DNA of 64,000 nucleotides from an uncultured bacterium (GCA_963845185.1 CAWJRG010000009.1:96001-160000), one strand, 5' to 3'; shown: positions 20,559 to 31,494, counted from the first letter of the stretch. Notes: generated by a model from the letters alone, not told the origin. Made by a program: numbers and translations.

Positions 20559-22126
20559 GCAAGAAAATTTTTATTTACGATACGACGCTGCGTGACGGGG
20601 CTCAAGGGGCAAAAATATCATTAACGGCCGAGGATAAACTCGTTATAGCAAAAAAACTCGACGAGCTTGGCGTGGATTATATTGAAGGCGGATGGCCCGT
20701 AAAGGGCGTAAATGAAAAAGACATGGAGTTTTTCAGGAAAGTAAAAAAACTGAAATTAAAGAGCGCAAAAATAGCGGCTTTCGGCAGCACGAGAAGGGTT
20801 AAAAATAAAGTAAACCGGGACCCGTTTTTAAATACTCTGATTGAGGCAGACACGCCGGTAATAACAATATTCGGCAAAACATGGGACCTGCATGTGCAAA
20901 AGGTTTTAAATACAACAAACGGGGAAAATTTAAAGATAATAAGGGAATCAGTCGGGTATTTGAAAAGCAAGGGCAGGGAAATCATATTCGACGCCGAGCA
21001 TTTTTTTGACGGATTCAGGGCAAACCCGGAATACGCGCTCTTGTGCCTGAAAGCTGCGGAAGAAGGCGGTGCCGACTGGATAGTGCTGTGCGATACAAAC
21101 GGCGGCACAACCGTAAGTGAAATGGACAGGATTACAAAAGATGTGGCTGAAAATGTGGAAATCCCCCTGGGAATACACACGCACAACGATTCGGAACTTG
21201 CGGTGGCAAACAGCATAATTGCCGTAAACAACGGGTATACCCAGGTACAGGGAACCATCAACGGGTTCGGAGAACGCTGCGGGAACGCGAATCTTGTATC
21301 GATAATGCCCATACTTACATTGAAAATGGATTACGAAACAATACCTGAAAAGAATTTCAAAAAGCTTTCGGAAGTATCGCATTATATATATGATATAGCC
21401 AATATCCCGCCGAATGACAGCCAGCCTTTTGTGGGTAAAAACGCGTTTTCACATAAAGCCGGGGTTCATGCGGACGCGGTGATGAAAGAAAAAACATCTT
21501 ATGAACATATGGAGCCTTCGAAAGTCGGAAATCAGAGGCAGATTCTTATTTCGGACCAGGCTGGAATGTCAAGCCTCTTATACAAGGCAAAGGAACTGGG
21601 CGTCAGGCTTAAAAGAGAAGAGGAGAAAACAAGAGCGCTTATACTGGACATCAAGAACAAAGAAGCCGCAGGATACGAGTATGAAGGAGCGGACGCGTCG
21701 CTTGAACTTTATATTAGAAAGTATGTCTCGGGGAAAAAAGCTTTTTTTGAGCTTGACGGATATAAAGTAATTGTGGAGGAACACAGGGGAGAGATTTTTA
21801 CCGAGGCGACCGTGAAAATAAAAGTAAACGGCGAGACCGCGCATACCGTGTCCGAGGGCAACGGACCTGTAAACGCGCTGGATAATTCCCTGCGCAAAGC
21901 CATTTCGAAATTTTACAAAAATATCAATGAAATCAGGCTTGTGGATTTCAAAGTACGCGTTATAGAAGGCTCTTCGGGCACAGGCGCGAAAGTCAAGGTT
22001 TTTATTGAAAGTTCCGACAAAAAGGATGTCTGGACAACGGTTGGCGTATCTGAAAATATGATTGAGGCTAGCTGGATGGCGCTTGTTGACAGCATGGAAT
22101 ATAAGATTATGAAAGACAAAAAATAA
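20555..22126 (+). CDS. cimA: Citramalate synthase (LeuA/CimA family)
   Basis: YDTTLRDGAQ, YIEGGWP, FDAEHFFDG, HTHND, GERCGN and a C-terminal regulatory domain. Confidence 0.9.
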   Translation: MSKKIFIYDTTLRDGAQGAKISLTAEDKLVIAKKLDELGVDYIEGGWPVKGVNEKDMEFFRKVKKLKLKSAKIAAFGSTRRVKNKVNRDPFLNTLIEADTPVITIFGKTWDLHVQKVLNTTNGENLKIIRESVGYLKSKGREIIFDAEHFFDGFRANPEYALLCLKAAEEGGADWIVLCDTNGGTTVSEMDRITKDVAENVEIPLGIHTHNDSELAVANSIIAVNNGYTQVQGTINGFGERCGNANLVSIMPILTLKMDYETIPEKNFKKLSEVSHYIYDIANIPPNDSQPFVGKNAFSHKAGVHADAVMKEKTSYEHMEPSKVGNQRQILISDQAGMSSLLYKAKELGVRLKREEEKTRALILDIKNKEAAGYEYEGADASLELYIRKYVSGKKAFFELDGYKVIVEEHRGEIFTEATVKIKVNGETAHTVSEGNGPVNALDNSLRKAISKFYKNINEIRLVDFKVRVIEGSSGTGAKVKVFIESSDKKDVWTTVGVSENMIEASWMALVDSMEYKIMKDKK

Positions 22127-22133
22127 TTTTTAA

Positions 22134-22161
22134 GTAGAGGCACGCTATGGCGTGTCTCTAC
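22134..22161. repeat. REP-like palindrome, GTAG family
   Basis: GTAGAGGCACGC-TATG-GCGTGTCTCTAC. Confidence 0.75.
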
Positions 22162-22181
22162 AATGAAAAACAGGTGATAAT

Positions 22182-23306
22182 ATGAAATCGGAAGTTTATT
22201 TCACCCGCGTTGGCGCGCAGAATTTTAACGACAGCATACTCGACAGGCTGGTCAAAATGTTTGACAGGGTCGGGGCGGGAAGCATAATAAAACAAAATGA
22301 ATTTGTGGCAATAAAAGCCCATTTTGGCGAGGAAGGCAACGTGAGTTTTGTCAGCCCTGTTTATTACAGGGCCATAGCCGACAGGATAAAAAACTGCGGA
22401 GGCACGCCTTTTTTAACCGATACCAACACGCTTTATGTGGGTGAAAGGAACCATGCTGTAAAACACCTGAATGTCGCAATAAAGCACGGTTTTTCTTTCG
22501 CGACCATAGGCGCGCCTGTAATAATAGCCGACGGCCTGTTAGGCACGGATTTCATAGAGGTTCCTGTAAATAAAAGGCATGTAAAAAAAGCAAAAATTGC
22601 GTCTGCGGTTTACTGGGCGGATTCAATGGTGGTCGTAACCCACTGCAAGGGGCACATGATAACAGGAATGGGAGGCGCCATAAAAAATGTAGGGATGGGC
22701 TGCGCGGCCAGGGCGGGCAAACAGGAACAGCATTCCGGCACGCATCCGAAAGTGCTGAATAAAAAATGCACGGGCTGCAAACTTTGCGCGGAGTGGTGCA
22801 ATTTTCAGGCGATATCAATAATTGACGGTAAGGCTTTTATTGACGAGAAAAAATGCTCGGGCTGCGGCGAATGCATAGCAGTCTGCAGGTTTGACGCGAT
22901 TGACTCGAGGTGGGATGCTGAAGCCCCGCTTATGCAGGAAAAAATGGTCGAGTACGCCTACGCTGCCCTGCAAAATAAAAAGGATAAGGTTGTATATTTT
23001 AATTTTGTTATGAATGTTACTCCTGAATGCGACTGCATGCCTTCGTCGGATAATTTTTTAATACCTGATATTGGCATTCTGGCGTCTTTTGACCCTGTGG
23101 CGATAGACGCCGCGTCAATTGACGTAATCAACAAGGCAAAAACCATAAACGAGAATGTAAGCGATAAAAAAGGTTATGATTTAAGGCACAGTGAAAAGGA
23201 TAAATTTAAAATGGTTCATCCTGATATAGACTGGAAGTACCAGATAAACTACGCGGCAGAACTGGGCCTCGGCAACAAGGATTATGAACTGCTGGAAGTA
23301 AAATAA
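22182..23306 (+). CDS. DUF362 domain Fe-S protein with two 4Fe-4S ferredoxin motifs
   Basis: KAHFGEEGN, HCKGH...GGAIKN.GMG, two CxxCxxCxxxC motifs, DPVAID. Confidence 0.88.
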   Translation: MKSEVYFTRVGAQNFNDSILDRLVKMFDRVGAGSIIKQNEFVAIKAHFGEEGNVSFVSPVYYRAIADRIKNCGGTPFLTDTNTLYVGERNHAVKHLNVAIKHGFSFATIGAPVIIADGLLGTDFIEVPVNKRHVKKAKIASAVYWADSMVVVTHCKGHMITGMGGAIKNVGMGCAARAGKQEQHSGTHPKVLNKKCTGCKLCAEWCNFQAISIIDGKAFIDEKKCSGCGECIAVCRFDAIDSRWDAEAPLMQEKMVEYAYAALQNKKDKVVYFNFVMNVTPECDCMPSSDNFLIPDIGILASFDPVAIDAASIDVINKAKTINENVSDKKGYDLRHSEKDKFKMVHPDIDWKYQINYAAELGLGNKDYELLEVK

Positions 23307-23340
23307 TTTCGGAGTTTAAGATTTTAAACGGAGGTCGATT

Positions 23341-24135
23341 TTGAACAACAAAGGCATCGGCGTATTTGACTCAGGGCTCGGCGGATTGACGGTTGTAAAA
23401 GAAATAATGAATCTATTGCCGAAGGAGCAGATATTTTACATGGGAGATACAGCGCGGTTTCCGTACGGGACCAAGACAAAGGAAACTATAGTAAAATTTT
23501 CAAAGGAAATAACCGCTTTCCTCTTAAGAAAAAATGTAAAAATGATAGTTGTTGCATGCAATACATCGTCGGCGTTGGCTTTAAAAGAGCTGAAAAAGGC
23601 TTTTAAAATAGATATTATCGGCGTAATCGAAGCAGGGGCCAGGTCGGCTGTGGAGGTTACGAATAACAGAAAAATAGGCCTTATTGGAACAAGGGCAACA
23701 ATAGGAAGCGGCGCATATCGGGAAGCAATAAGAAAATATGACCCGAAGGTTAAAGTGTTTGTGAAAGCAACTCCTCTTTTGGTACCGCTTGTTGAGGAAG
23801 GCTGGCTTAATAATAAGATAACAGAAATGATCCTTGCGAATTATTTAAAAGATTTCAGGGAAAAGCAGATAGACACGCTTGTTTTAGGATGCACACATTA
23901 CCCGCTCTTAAAACCGCTTATAAGGAAAATACTGCCAAAAGTAAATATAATAGACTCGGCAAGGGAAATGGCAAAAACAGTGCGGGCGCTGCTGGAGGCC
24001 CGTGATATGACAGCATCAAAAAATAACAGGAAAAAATCAGCTTTTTTTGTTACCGATACGCCGGAAACATTTAATAAAATAGGCAGGATGTTTTTAAAAA
24101 AGGACATGATAGAAGCACAAAGAATAAGAATTTAA
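23341..24135 (+). CDS. murI: Glutamate racemase
   Basis: FDSGLGGLTV, ACNTSS, LGCTHYP. Confidence 0.96.
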   Translation: MNNKGIGVFDSGLGGLTVVKEIMNLLPKEQIFYMGDTARFPYGTKTKETIVKFSKEITAFLLRKNVKMIVVACNTSSALALKELKKAFKIDIIGVIEAGARSAVEVTNNRKIGLIGTRATIGSGAYREAIRKYDPKVKVFVKATPLLVPLVEEGWLNNKITEMILANYLKDFREKQIDTLVLGCTHYPLLKPLIRKILPKVNIIDSAREMAKTVRALLEARDMTASKNNRKKSAFFVTDTPETFNKIGRMFLKKDMIEAQRIRI

Positions 24136-24156
24136 TCAATTTCAGGGGCAAAATTT

Positions 24157-24522
24157 ATGTACGAATTGATGATAAAAGATGATTTTTCTGCGGCCCACAG
24201 CCTCCGGCATTACAGCGGAAAGTGCGAACATTTACACGGCCACAATTATATTGTTGAATTATATATAGAAAAGGAAAAACTGGATAAAACCGGTTTGGCA
24301 GTGGATTTTGTGATTTTAAAGAAGAAACTAAAAAAAATTCTTAATTCCCTTGACCACAAATATTTGAACAAGGACTGCGCATACTTCAAGAAAAACAATC
24401 CGTCTGCGGAAAATATAGCTAAATTTATTTATGACTCAATGAAATCTCAAATAAAAGGAACTAGATCCATGAAAGTGTGCGTTAATGAATCGGAAAACGC
24501 GCGGGCTTGTTATTACGAATAA
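24157..24522 (+). CDS. queD: 6-carboxy-5,6,7,8-tetrahydropterin synthase
   Basis: FSAAH, CEHLHGHNY, LDHKYLN, PSAENIA. Confidence 0.93.
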   Translation: MYELMIKDDFSAAHSLRHYSGKCEHLHGHNYIVELYIEKEKLDKTGLAVDFVILKKKLKKILNSLDHKYLNKDCAYFKKNNPSAENIAKFIYDSMKSQIKGTRSMKVCVNESENARACYYE

Positions 24523-24572
24523 TAATTTAAAATTGAGGATTATGCAGTATTTAATCCTTCCGGAGGAAATAA

Positions 24573-25301
24573 ATGCGCAAAGACGGGCGAAAGAATAATG
24601 AATTAAGACAGGTAAAGATAACCCGGAATTATACAAAATACGCCGAGGGTTCGGTTTTAATCGAGTTCGGGGAAACAAGAGTGCTTTGCAATGCAAGCGT
24701 TGCAAATGAAGTGCCTCCTTTTTTGAAAAACCATGGCACGGGCTGGGTAACCGCAGAATATGCAATGCTGCCAAGGGCAACAAATGTGCGTGTGCCAAGG
24801 GAAGGCGCCAGAGGAAAAATAAGCGGCAGGAGCCAGGAAATACAGCGGTTGATTGGCAGGGCATTAAGAGGCGTAACAGACCTAAAAAAAATAGGCGAGA
24901 GAACAGTGACCATAGACGCTGATGTTATTCAGGCCGATGGCGGGACAAGAACAGCAGCAATAACCGGTGCGTATATAGCTTTGCATGACGCTTTTGAAAA
25001 AATGATTAAAAAAGGGCATATAAAACAAAATCCTCTTAAAAATTATGTAGCAGCCGTAAGCGTAGGAGTTGTAAAAGGCGAGGTAATGCTGGATTTGGAT
25101 TACAGCGAGGATTCGTCAGCTGATGTCGACATGAATGTTGTGATGACTGATGAAAATGAATTTGTCGAAGTCCAGTCAACCGGCGAAAAGAAAACTTTTT
25201 CAGAAAAACAGTTGAGGGAACTTTTGAAAATAGCCAAGAAGGGTCTAAAAGAACTTATAATTATGCAAAAGAAGACGATAAATACCGTTTCGCGGGCTTG
25301 A
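24573..25301 (+). CDS. rph: Ribonuclease PH
   Basis: [31 protein letters not shown]. Confidence 0.97.
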   Translation: MRKDGRKNNELRQVKITRNYTKYAEGSVLIEFGETRVLCNASVANEVPPFLKNHGTGWVTAEYAMLPRATNVRVPREGARGKISGRSQEIQRLIGRALRGVTDLKKIGERTVTIDADVIQADGGTRTAAITGAYIALHDAFEKMIKKGHIKQNPLKNYVAAVSVGVVKGEVMLDLDYSEDSSADVDMNVVMTDENEFVEVQSTGEKKTFSEKQLRELLKIAKKGLKELIIMQKKTINTVSRA

Positions 25302-25370
25302 ACTGCTTGAGGTAGTTATAAAATCATTATTCTGTCATACCGCTGTAAAACAGGAGGATAAGGAAAGTAA

Positions 25371-25991
25371 ATGGATGTAGTACTTGCCTCAAATAACAAA
25401 AACAAAATAAAGGAAATAAAACCAATTCTTAAAAATATGAAAATCCGCTGCTTTTCGCTTACTGAGGCTGGACTTAATATTAGTATAAGGGAAACAGGAG
25501 AAACACTAAAGGAGAATGCTGCGATAAAAGCCAGGGCAGTCCGGAAATATATAAAAGACAAGATAATAATTGCCGACGACACTGGATTGGAAGTTGATTA
25601 TCTGGCAGGCGCTCCCGGAGTATATTCAGCGCGTTTTGCAGGGCCTAAATGCTCATATTTGCATAACAATATAAAACTGCTAAAACTCATGAAAGACGTG
25701 CCAAAAAAAGAGAGAAAGGCGGTTTTTAAAACCGTTATATATATAATATTTCCAAATGGTTCCGAAAAATCCGTAACCGGCACAGTAAAGGGCTATATTG
25801 CGGAAAAAATGGCGGGAAACAATGGTTTTGGCTATGACCCTGTTTTTTATGTGCCGGAATTAAAAAGAACATACGCCGAACTCAGCCTGCTCCAGAAAAA
25901 CAGGATTTCACACAGAATGAAGGCAATAATAGCAGCAGGAAGCATGATAAATAAGTATAAAAGGGATGGTAGGATAAGGCCAAAAGGGTGA
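25371..25991 (+). CDS. rdgB: dITP/XTP pyrophosphatase (HAM1 family)
   Basis: ADDTGLEVD..APGVYSAR, GFGYDP, SHR. Confidence 0.95.
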   Translation: MDVVLASNNKNKIKEIKPILKNMKIRCFSLTEAGLNISIRETGETLKENAAIKARAVRKYIKDKIIIADDTGLEVDYLAGAPGVYSARFAGPKCSYLHNNIKLLKLMKDVPKKERKAVFKTVIYIIFPNGSEKSVTGTVKGYIAEKMAGNNGFGYDPVFYVPELKRTYAELSLLQKNRISHRMKAIIAAGSMINKYKRDGRIRPKG

Positions 25992-26123
25992 TTGAAAAGT
26001 TAATTCAAAACACTATTTACAAGGGGGAAATAGTTTATTTGCTTCTTATTCTAATAGTAAAAAAACTAAACTTTGCCTGCGGATTATCGTTTAAGACTTT
26101 CGCCGGATAAAATGATTTTTTTC

Positions 26124-26152
26124 TTGACAAATTTTTTTTAATACTATATTAT
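26124..26152 (+). promoter_or_regulatory. sigma70-type promoter
   Basis: TTGACA-17 bp-TATTAT upstream of 26222. Confidence 0.6.
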
Positions 26153-26221
26153 TTAATACATATCCAGGTTATGTAAGTAATTTTTTTATTTGAAACCAAT
26201 AGCACAAGTCTTGGAGGAGAT

Positions 26222-27262
26222 ATGAAACGCATAAGCTTAATAATGATATTATTTTTTTCCGCAACTTTGTTTTTGACATATAGCGCAGATAATGTTTATG
26301 CAAAAACAAAAAGGAAACATCATCATCTAAAGTCCTCAAAAAAACACACACAAAAGTCAATAGTTAATGGGAATTCATCGAGAAAGCTTGCAGGCGGGGG
26401 AACCGATTATAAAGTTGGGGCAAATATAATTGGAGTGGCTGACGATAATTTGAAGGAATTTACCTATATTGATATGGGTTCTACTCAAGGTGTTAAAAAC
26501 GGAGACAGATTTTTGGTACAGGGCAAGTATGGAAAAATAATGGTAGAGGTTGTTCAGGCTTTTTCTAAAATGTCTTCTGTAAAAGTAGTAGATAGCTGGC
26601 TTTTGGCAGAAGGGGATAAGGCTTCTTTTATCCCTGAAAGCATGTATCCAAGGGTTAAAGTAAAAAAATATAATATAGTTGAATTGACTAAACCAAGGCA
26701 TAAAAAATTGGCAAAAAAGAAAAAAACAGGATCTGCGGTTAGCGCACAAGCAGTTGTTGCACCAGCAGTACCCGGAGGGGCGGAAACGCCGCCGGCAGCA
26801 ACCGGGATGGAAGCGCCTCCTGGGATGGAAGCACCAGCACCTGCAGCACCGCAAGCATCAGGAGCGCCTGCAGCGCCACCCACGGCAGAAGCACCGCCGG
26901 GAGCGCCTGGAATGGAAGCGCCTCCTGGGATGGAAGCACCAGCACCTGCAGCACCGCAAGCATCAGGGGCGCCTGCAGCGCCACCAACGGCAGAAGCACC
27001 GCCAGCATCACCCGGGATGGAAACACAGGAAATGCCAGGCATGGAGGCTCCTCCGTCTATGGAAACAACAGAGCCGCCATCGCAGGCAAACGCAGGAACG
27101 GCTCCGGCAAAGTCTAACGCGAATTCAGCACCACCGGCTGCGGAACCCGGATCGCCAGGCTCTGCACCAGTACCGCCTGATTTATCAGGCGCGCCGGCTC
27201 CGGAGAGTACTGGAGGAACAAATGCTCCTGCAGCGGGGGAAGCATTACCGCCTTTACAATAA
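26222..27262 (+). CDS. Exported protein with FlgT-C-like small domain and Pro/Ala-rich repeat tail
   Basis: Signal peptide, YIDMGSTQGVKNGDRF motif, GMEAPP repeats; GGAGG RBS. Confidence 0.7.
   Translation: MKRISLIMILFFSATLFLTYSADNVYAKTKRKHHHLKSSKKHTQKSIVNGNSSRKLAGGGTDYKVGANIIGVADDNLKEFTYIDMGSTQGVKNGDRFLVQGKYGKIMVEVVQAFSKMSSVKVVDSWLLAEGDKASFIPESMYPRVKVKKYNIVELTKPRHKKLAKKKKTGSAVSAQAVVAPAVPGGAETPPAATGMEAPPGMEAPAPAAPQASGAPAAPPTAEAPPGAPGMEAPPGMEAPAPAAPQASGAPAAPPTAEAPPASPGMETQEMPGMEAPPSMETTEPPSQANAGTAPAKSNANSAPPAAEPGSPGSAPVPPDLSGAPAPESTGGTNAPAAGEALPPLQ
26803..27020 (+). repeat. 105-bp intragenic tandem duplication (35 aa)
   Basis: ATGGAAGCGCCTCCTGGGATGGAAGCACC at 26807 and 26912. Confidence 0.9.
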
Positions 27263-27318
27263 ATATAAGGGAATTAAAATAGGATATTATTAAAATTTTT
27301 AAAAAGGAGCGTGGAAAG

Positions 27319-28023
27319 ATGAAAGCAAAATTTTTTACAAAAGGTTTGGTTTTTTTGATCGCTGTTATTGTTCTTAGCGGAACCTTATTTGCCGCAGATG
27401 CCCAAAAGGCAAAACAGTATCTGGATTACGGGAATAAATACCTCAGCGCAAAACAATATGACAATGCCATAAAGTACTATCAATACAGTTTAAAACTCAA
27501 TCCCACTGATTCCGGGTATTATGCCCTTGGTATGGCATATTATTATAAAGGGCAGAAGCCGGAAGCGCTGAATTCTTTTCAATATGCTTTGAAAACCAAT
27601 CCGAATAATGCCAATGCAAAAAAGATGGTTGATTATCTGCAAAAGAGCGTCGGAGGCGGCGGGGGCGGCAATACGCAGGCACAGCAATATCTTGCGGCAG
27701 GGACCAAATATTTAAACGCAAAGCAGTATGATTATGCCATAAAATATTATGAAGCAAGCATAAAGATTGAGCCTACATACCAGGCATATCAATATCTTGG
27801 GACAGCTTATTATTATAAGGGAGATAATGACAAAGCAATCGAAGCATTTAATAATTCTCTTAAATTAAATCCGGACAATCCTGCCGTAAAAGGTGTACTT
27901 GCAAAACTTGGGGCAGGAGGTGGAACAACAGAGCAACCGAGAATTTCGAGCCAGATGGGAGTGCATCCTTTATTGCTGGCTGCTATTTTTGCAGGAGCAA
28001 TAGCGGCTTTGTTTCTGTTTTAA
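27319..28023 (+). CDS. TPR protein: two similar TPR modules, signal peptide, C-terminal hydrophobic helix
   Basis: AxQYL..G.KYL.AKQYD.AIKYY is duplicated around a poly-Gly linker. Confidence 0.85.
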   Translation: MKAKFFTKGLVFLIAVIVLSGTLFAADAQKAKQYLDYGNKYLSAKQYDNAIKYYQYSLKLNPTDSGYYALGMAYYYKGQKPEALNSFQYALKTNPNNANAKKMVDYLQKSVGGGGGGNTQAQQYLAAGTKYLNAKQYDYAIKYYEASIKIEPTYQAYQYLGTAYYYKGDNDKAIEAFNNSLKLNPDNPAVKGVLAKLGAGGGTTEQPRISSQMGVHPLLLAAIFAGAIAALFLF

Positions 28024-28045
28024 TCAAATAGCAGTAAATAATATA

Positions 28046-28081
28046 AAAACAGGTGTGGGTAACAGTGCCCACACCTGTTTT
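28046..28081. terminator. Intrinsic terminator, possibly bidirectional
   Basis: AAAACAGGTGTGGG...CCCACACCTGTTTT. Confidence 0.8.
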
Positions 28082-28139
28082 AATTTAAGAAATAATTAAG
28101 TGAAAATTTTTTAAATAATTTTTTGTGGGGTATATCACG

Positions 28140-28898
28140 ATGGAAGGAACATCACCAAACAAACCGCGCCTTAAGCATTATGGCATAGGGCATATTAAAA
28201 GGCTTAAAGACAGGTTTATGCAGGATAAAGTTTCAAAATGCGAAATAATTGAACTGCTTTTAAGCTACGTGATAAAAGGCAGGGATGTAAAATCGCAGTC
28301 AAAAGAAATTTTTAAGTTAAGCAGGGGATGCTTTAAAAATGTTTTGGATATTGCAGGCGGAAATAAAAAAATCAAGGGAATAGGCGGGGAAACAGAAATA
28401 TTTTTTAGGTTAATTAAAAAATTTTTTGACTGCATGGAAGAGGAAAAGTTTGTAAACAAGAAATACTCGGTAAAAACACAAGGGGACGCAATTAAATATT
28501 TTAAAAACATATGTTTATCATCCGACAGGGAGGAAGTGCATGCCGTATTTCTTGACGCTAAAAACAAAATTACAGGCCATAAAAAGATAAGCGAGGGCAC
28601 GCTATCCCAGTCGCTCCTTTACCCGCGTGAAATAATAAAAGAAGCAATTTCGCGGGCGGCTTTAAGCATAATAATCCTGCATAACCATCCAAGCGGTGAT
28701 TCGTCACCTTCGGAAAACGATAAAAAGATAACAAAAAGAATGCTTTTCGCGGCAAGGGAAATGGATATTATGCTGCTTGACCATATAATAATAGGCACAG
28801 AAACAGGCGAAGGCGATAAAGGATATTACAGTTTTTATGAAGAAGGTTTGATTGATAAATACAGGGAAAATTACAGATATGTTATGGAAAAAGAGTGA
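28140..28898 (+). CDS. radC: RadC/JAB-domain protein
   Basis: GTLSQSLLYPRE, HNHPSGDSSPSEND, LLDHIII. Confidence 0.92.
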   Translation: MEGTSPNKPRLKHYGIGHIKRLKDRFMQDKVSKCEIIELLLSYVIKGRDVKSQSKEIFKLSRGCFKNVLDIAGGNKKIKGIGGETEIFFRLIKKFFDCMEEEKFVNKKYSVKTQGDAIKYFKNICLSSDREEVHAVFLDAKNKITGHKKISEGTLSQSLLYPREIIKEAISRAALSIIILHNHPSGDSSPSENDKKITKRMLFAAREMDIMLLDHIIIGTETGEGDKGYYSFYEEGLIDKYRENYRYVMEKE

Positions 28899-28987
28899 AA
28901 ATTTATTTTTAAGTGGAAGGCTTATTTAATTTTATTGGAAATGCGTTTTAAATATCATATGGGATTGCCTGCATCACCGCACCTGCT

Positions 28988-31252
28988 TTAAAATGCCAGG
29001 TTGTCTTCGTCTTCGGTTTCTTCGTGCGGCTTTTTTACCTTTGCTGGTTTTCCTGCCTTGCCTTTGACAGGCGTGCCCGTGGTATTTTCGCCGCTTTCCT
29101 CATCGGACGTGAAGTTATCGGTTGCGCCTGAGCCTTGTTCCAGGTCCTGGTTCAGGAAATTATTTACCTCAACGCCGCTATGCAGATTGCAATTTTCATG
29201 CGGTTCGGTGCCTTCAACAAATGGCGCATCTATGGGATTGGGGCAGTATTTTGTCGCAAGCATGCCGGTTTTACTGCAAATTTTCTTAAATATTATATTG
29301 TCAGGCACGGGAAATTCCTGGTTCTGATTTGGAAACGCGTTCATCATGAACTCGGCCCATAGCGGGGCGGCAATAACTCCACCGGTCATATTTTTACCGA
29401 GAGGCTCTTTGGTATCAAAGCCTATCCACACGCCGACAACAATGTCAGGCGTGAATCCAATAAACCAGGCATCAGTAAAATCATTTGTGGTCCCGGTCTT
29501 TCCCGCACATATTCCGTTATATCCCATGTTCCTTATTGTCTGGGCCGTGCCGCGGTTGATAACATTTTCAAGCATGAAAGTTATTATATATGCCGTGGTT
29601 TCAGGTATAGCTTCGCTGAGTTTTGGAGAATGCTGCTCTAGGACTTTTCCGCCGCTGTCGTTTACCGATAAAATCGAAAGAGGTTCGACATACATGCCGC
29701 CGTTTGCGAACGTGCAAAAGGAATTTGTTAATTCAAGCAACGACAGGCTTGACGTGCCGAGCCCCATGGTTAAATCAGCTATCAACGGGCTTTTTATGCC
29801 AAGGCGCCGAGCGTATTTTGCCACTGTATCTATGCCAATTTTATTTTCGAGTTTTACCGTAACCACGTTTTTGGAATGAGTAAGGCCGTTTAAAAGAATT
29901 GTAGGGCCTGAAAATTTTCCGTTGACATTTTCCGGTTTCCATTCAGAGCCATCGTCATTTTTAAAAACGATGGGGGAATCGAGGATAACGTCCGACACCC
30001 TGAATCCGTTGTCAATGGCCGAAGTGTAAACGATAGGTTTAAAAGCCGAGCCGGGCTGCCGTTTTGACTGCACGGCGCGGTTGAATTCACTTTTTGAATA
30101 ATCAATGCCGCCAATCATGGCCTTTATATAACCGGTATGCGGGTCTATGGCTATCAAAGCGCCCTGCAGGGGATATTCGAGTTTTTTATTGCGGTTTTTT
30201 TCAAACTGTTTCTGCAGTTCGTTTATGCGGGCATTGAATACTTCCTGTGCGGTATCCTGAAGGACTGAATCGATTGTAGTATAAACTTTCAGTCCTCCTT
30301 TGTATATTTCGCTGTTGCCGTATGTTGTCTCAAGCTGCTGCCGCACATATTCGACAAAATACGGTGCGTTTTTAACCTCCAGTTTATGAAGCTCAATAGG
30401 CGCTTTCTCAGCCGCTTCTTTTTCTTCCGGAGTTATGTAACCAAGCTCGGCCATTTTTTCAAGGACGAGATTCCTTTTCTCCGTTGCCACTTCCGGATGC
30501 TCATAGGGATTAAACTGGGAGGGGGCCTGGGGAAGTGCGGCAAGAGTGGCTGACTCGGGCAGGGTCAATTCGTCAACATGTTTGCCGAAAAAAGTCCTGG
30601 CAGCGGCTTCAACGCCGTAAGCGCCGTTGCCAAAATAAACCTGGTTGCAGTAAAGCTCCAGGATTTCCTTTTTTGTGTAATATTTTTCAACCTGCAGTGA
30701 AAGCAGGGCTTCCTTTATTTTTCTGGTGAATGTGCGTTCCTTTGTCAGGAATAAATTCCTGGCAAGCTGCTGGGTTATTGTAGAGCCGCCCTCAACTATT
30801 TTTCCGTGAACAAGATTATTGATGGAGGCCCTCATTATGCCTTTAACGTCTATACCGCTGTGCTGATAAAACCTGGGATCTTCCTTTGCTATTATGGCGT
30901 TCTGCAGATAAAGCGGAATCTGGTTTAATTTCACTATTGTCCTTTGCTCCGTGTAAAGCTGGGACACAAGGTTGCCGTTTATGTCATAAACAGCAGTGGT
31001 GAGGTTGGGTTTATAGTTGCGCAGGTCGGCTATTTCCGGGACTTCCTGCATATAGGCGAAAAAAATTCCCGCTACGGTACCGAGGATGATAAAGATTGTC
31101 AATATAATTCCAACAATAATCACTTTTACTGATTTATCCATGCCCGGTTTACGGGAAGGCGATGGTGCTTTTGGTTTGTTGGGCGGGGTTATATTTCCGG
31201 AACCAGAATCACCTGAAGCTCTTCCACTGTAAATGCTTCTATATTCAACCAC
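28988..31252 (-). CDS. Class A penicillin-binding protein 1A (transglycosylase/transpeptidase)
   Basis: EDPRFYQHSG, GGSTITQQL, RKIKE, SAFK (SxxK), SKN, KTGT. Confidence 0.94.
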   Translation of the reverse strand: MVEYRSIYSGRASGDSGSGNITPPNKPKAPSPSRKPGMDKSVKVIIVGIILTIFIILGTVAGIFFAYMQEVPEIADLRNYKPNLTTAVYDINGNLVSQLYTEQRTIVKLNQIPLYLQNAIIAKEDPRFYQHSGIDVKGIMRASINNLVHGKIVEGGSTITQQLARNLFLTKERTFTRKIKEALLSLQVEKYYTKKEILELYCNQVYFGNGAYGVEAAARTFFGKHVDELTLPESATLAALPQAPSQFNPYEHPEVATEKRNLVLEKMAELGYITPEEKEAAEKAPIELHKLEVKNAPYFVEYVRQQLETTYGNSEIYKGGLKVYTTIDSVLQDTAQEVFNARINELQKQFEKNRNKKLEYPLQGALIAIDPHTGYIKAMIGGIDYSKSEFNRAVQSKRQPGSAFKPIVYTSAIDNGFRVSDVILDSPIVFKNDDGSEWKPENVNGKFSGPTILLNGLTHSKNVVTVKLENKIGIDTVAKYARRLGIKSPLIADLTMGLGTSSLSLLELTNSFCTFANGGMYVEPLSILSVNDSGGKVLEQHSPKLSEAIPETTAYIITFMLENVINRGTAQTIRNMGYNGICAGKTGTTNDFTDAWFIGFTPDIVVGVWIGFDTKEPLGKNMTGGVIAAPLWAEFMMNAFPNQNQEFPVPDNIIFKKICSKTGMLATKYCPNPIDAPFVEGTEPHENCNLHSGVEVNNFLNQDLEQGSGATDNFTSDEESGENTTGTPVKGKAGKPAKVKKPHEETEDEDNLAF

Positions 31253-31417
31253 TTTTTCGCTCCTTATACTTGATTTTTTTTTGAAAACAAACTCTATTTT
31301 AGTGTATTTTTACAAGGAATTCAACAGGAAAATGAGCAGAGGAAAATACAGCTTGAATAATAAACTGAAATTTGTTATATAATAGTGCATCAGTTTTATG
31401 ATTTTAAAATTACAAGT

Positions 31418-31494
31418 GGCGGCGTAGCTCAGTTGGTCAGAGCATACGGTTCATACCCGTAGTGTCGGGGGTTCAACTCCCTCCGCCGCTACCA
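31418..31494 (+). tRNA. tRNA with CAT anticodon, most like elongator tRNA-Met
   Basis: Cloverleaf: acceptor GGCGGCG/CGCCGCT, anticodon arm TACGG-TTCATAC-CCGTA, T arm GGGGG-TTCAACT-CCCTC, encoded CCA. G1:U72 pair means it is not the initiator. Confidence 0.95.

Noticed and set aside
28140..28898. radC as a marker of a mobile or defence island
   Set aside because: It is the full-length chromosomal type among housekeeping genes, with no integrase or cargo nearby.
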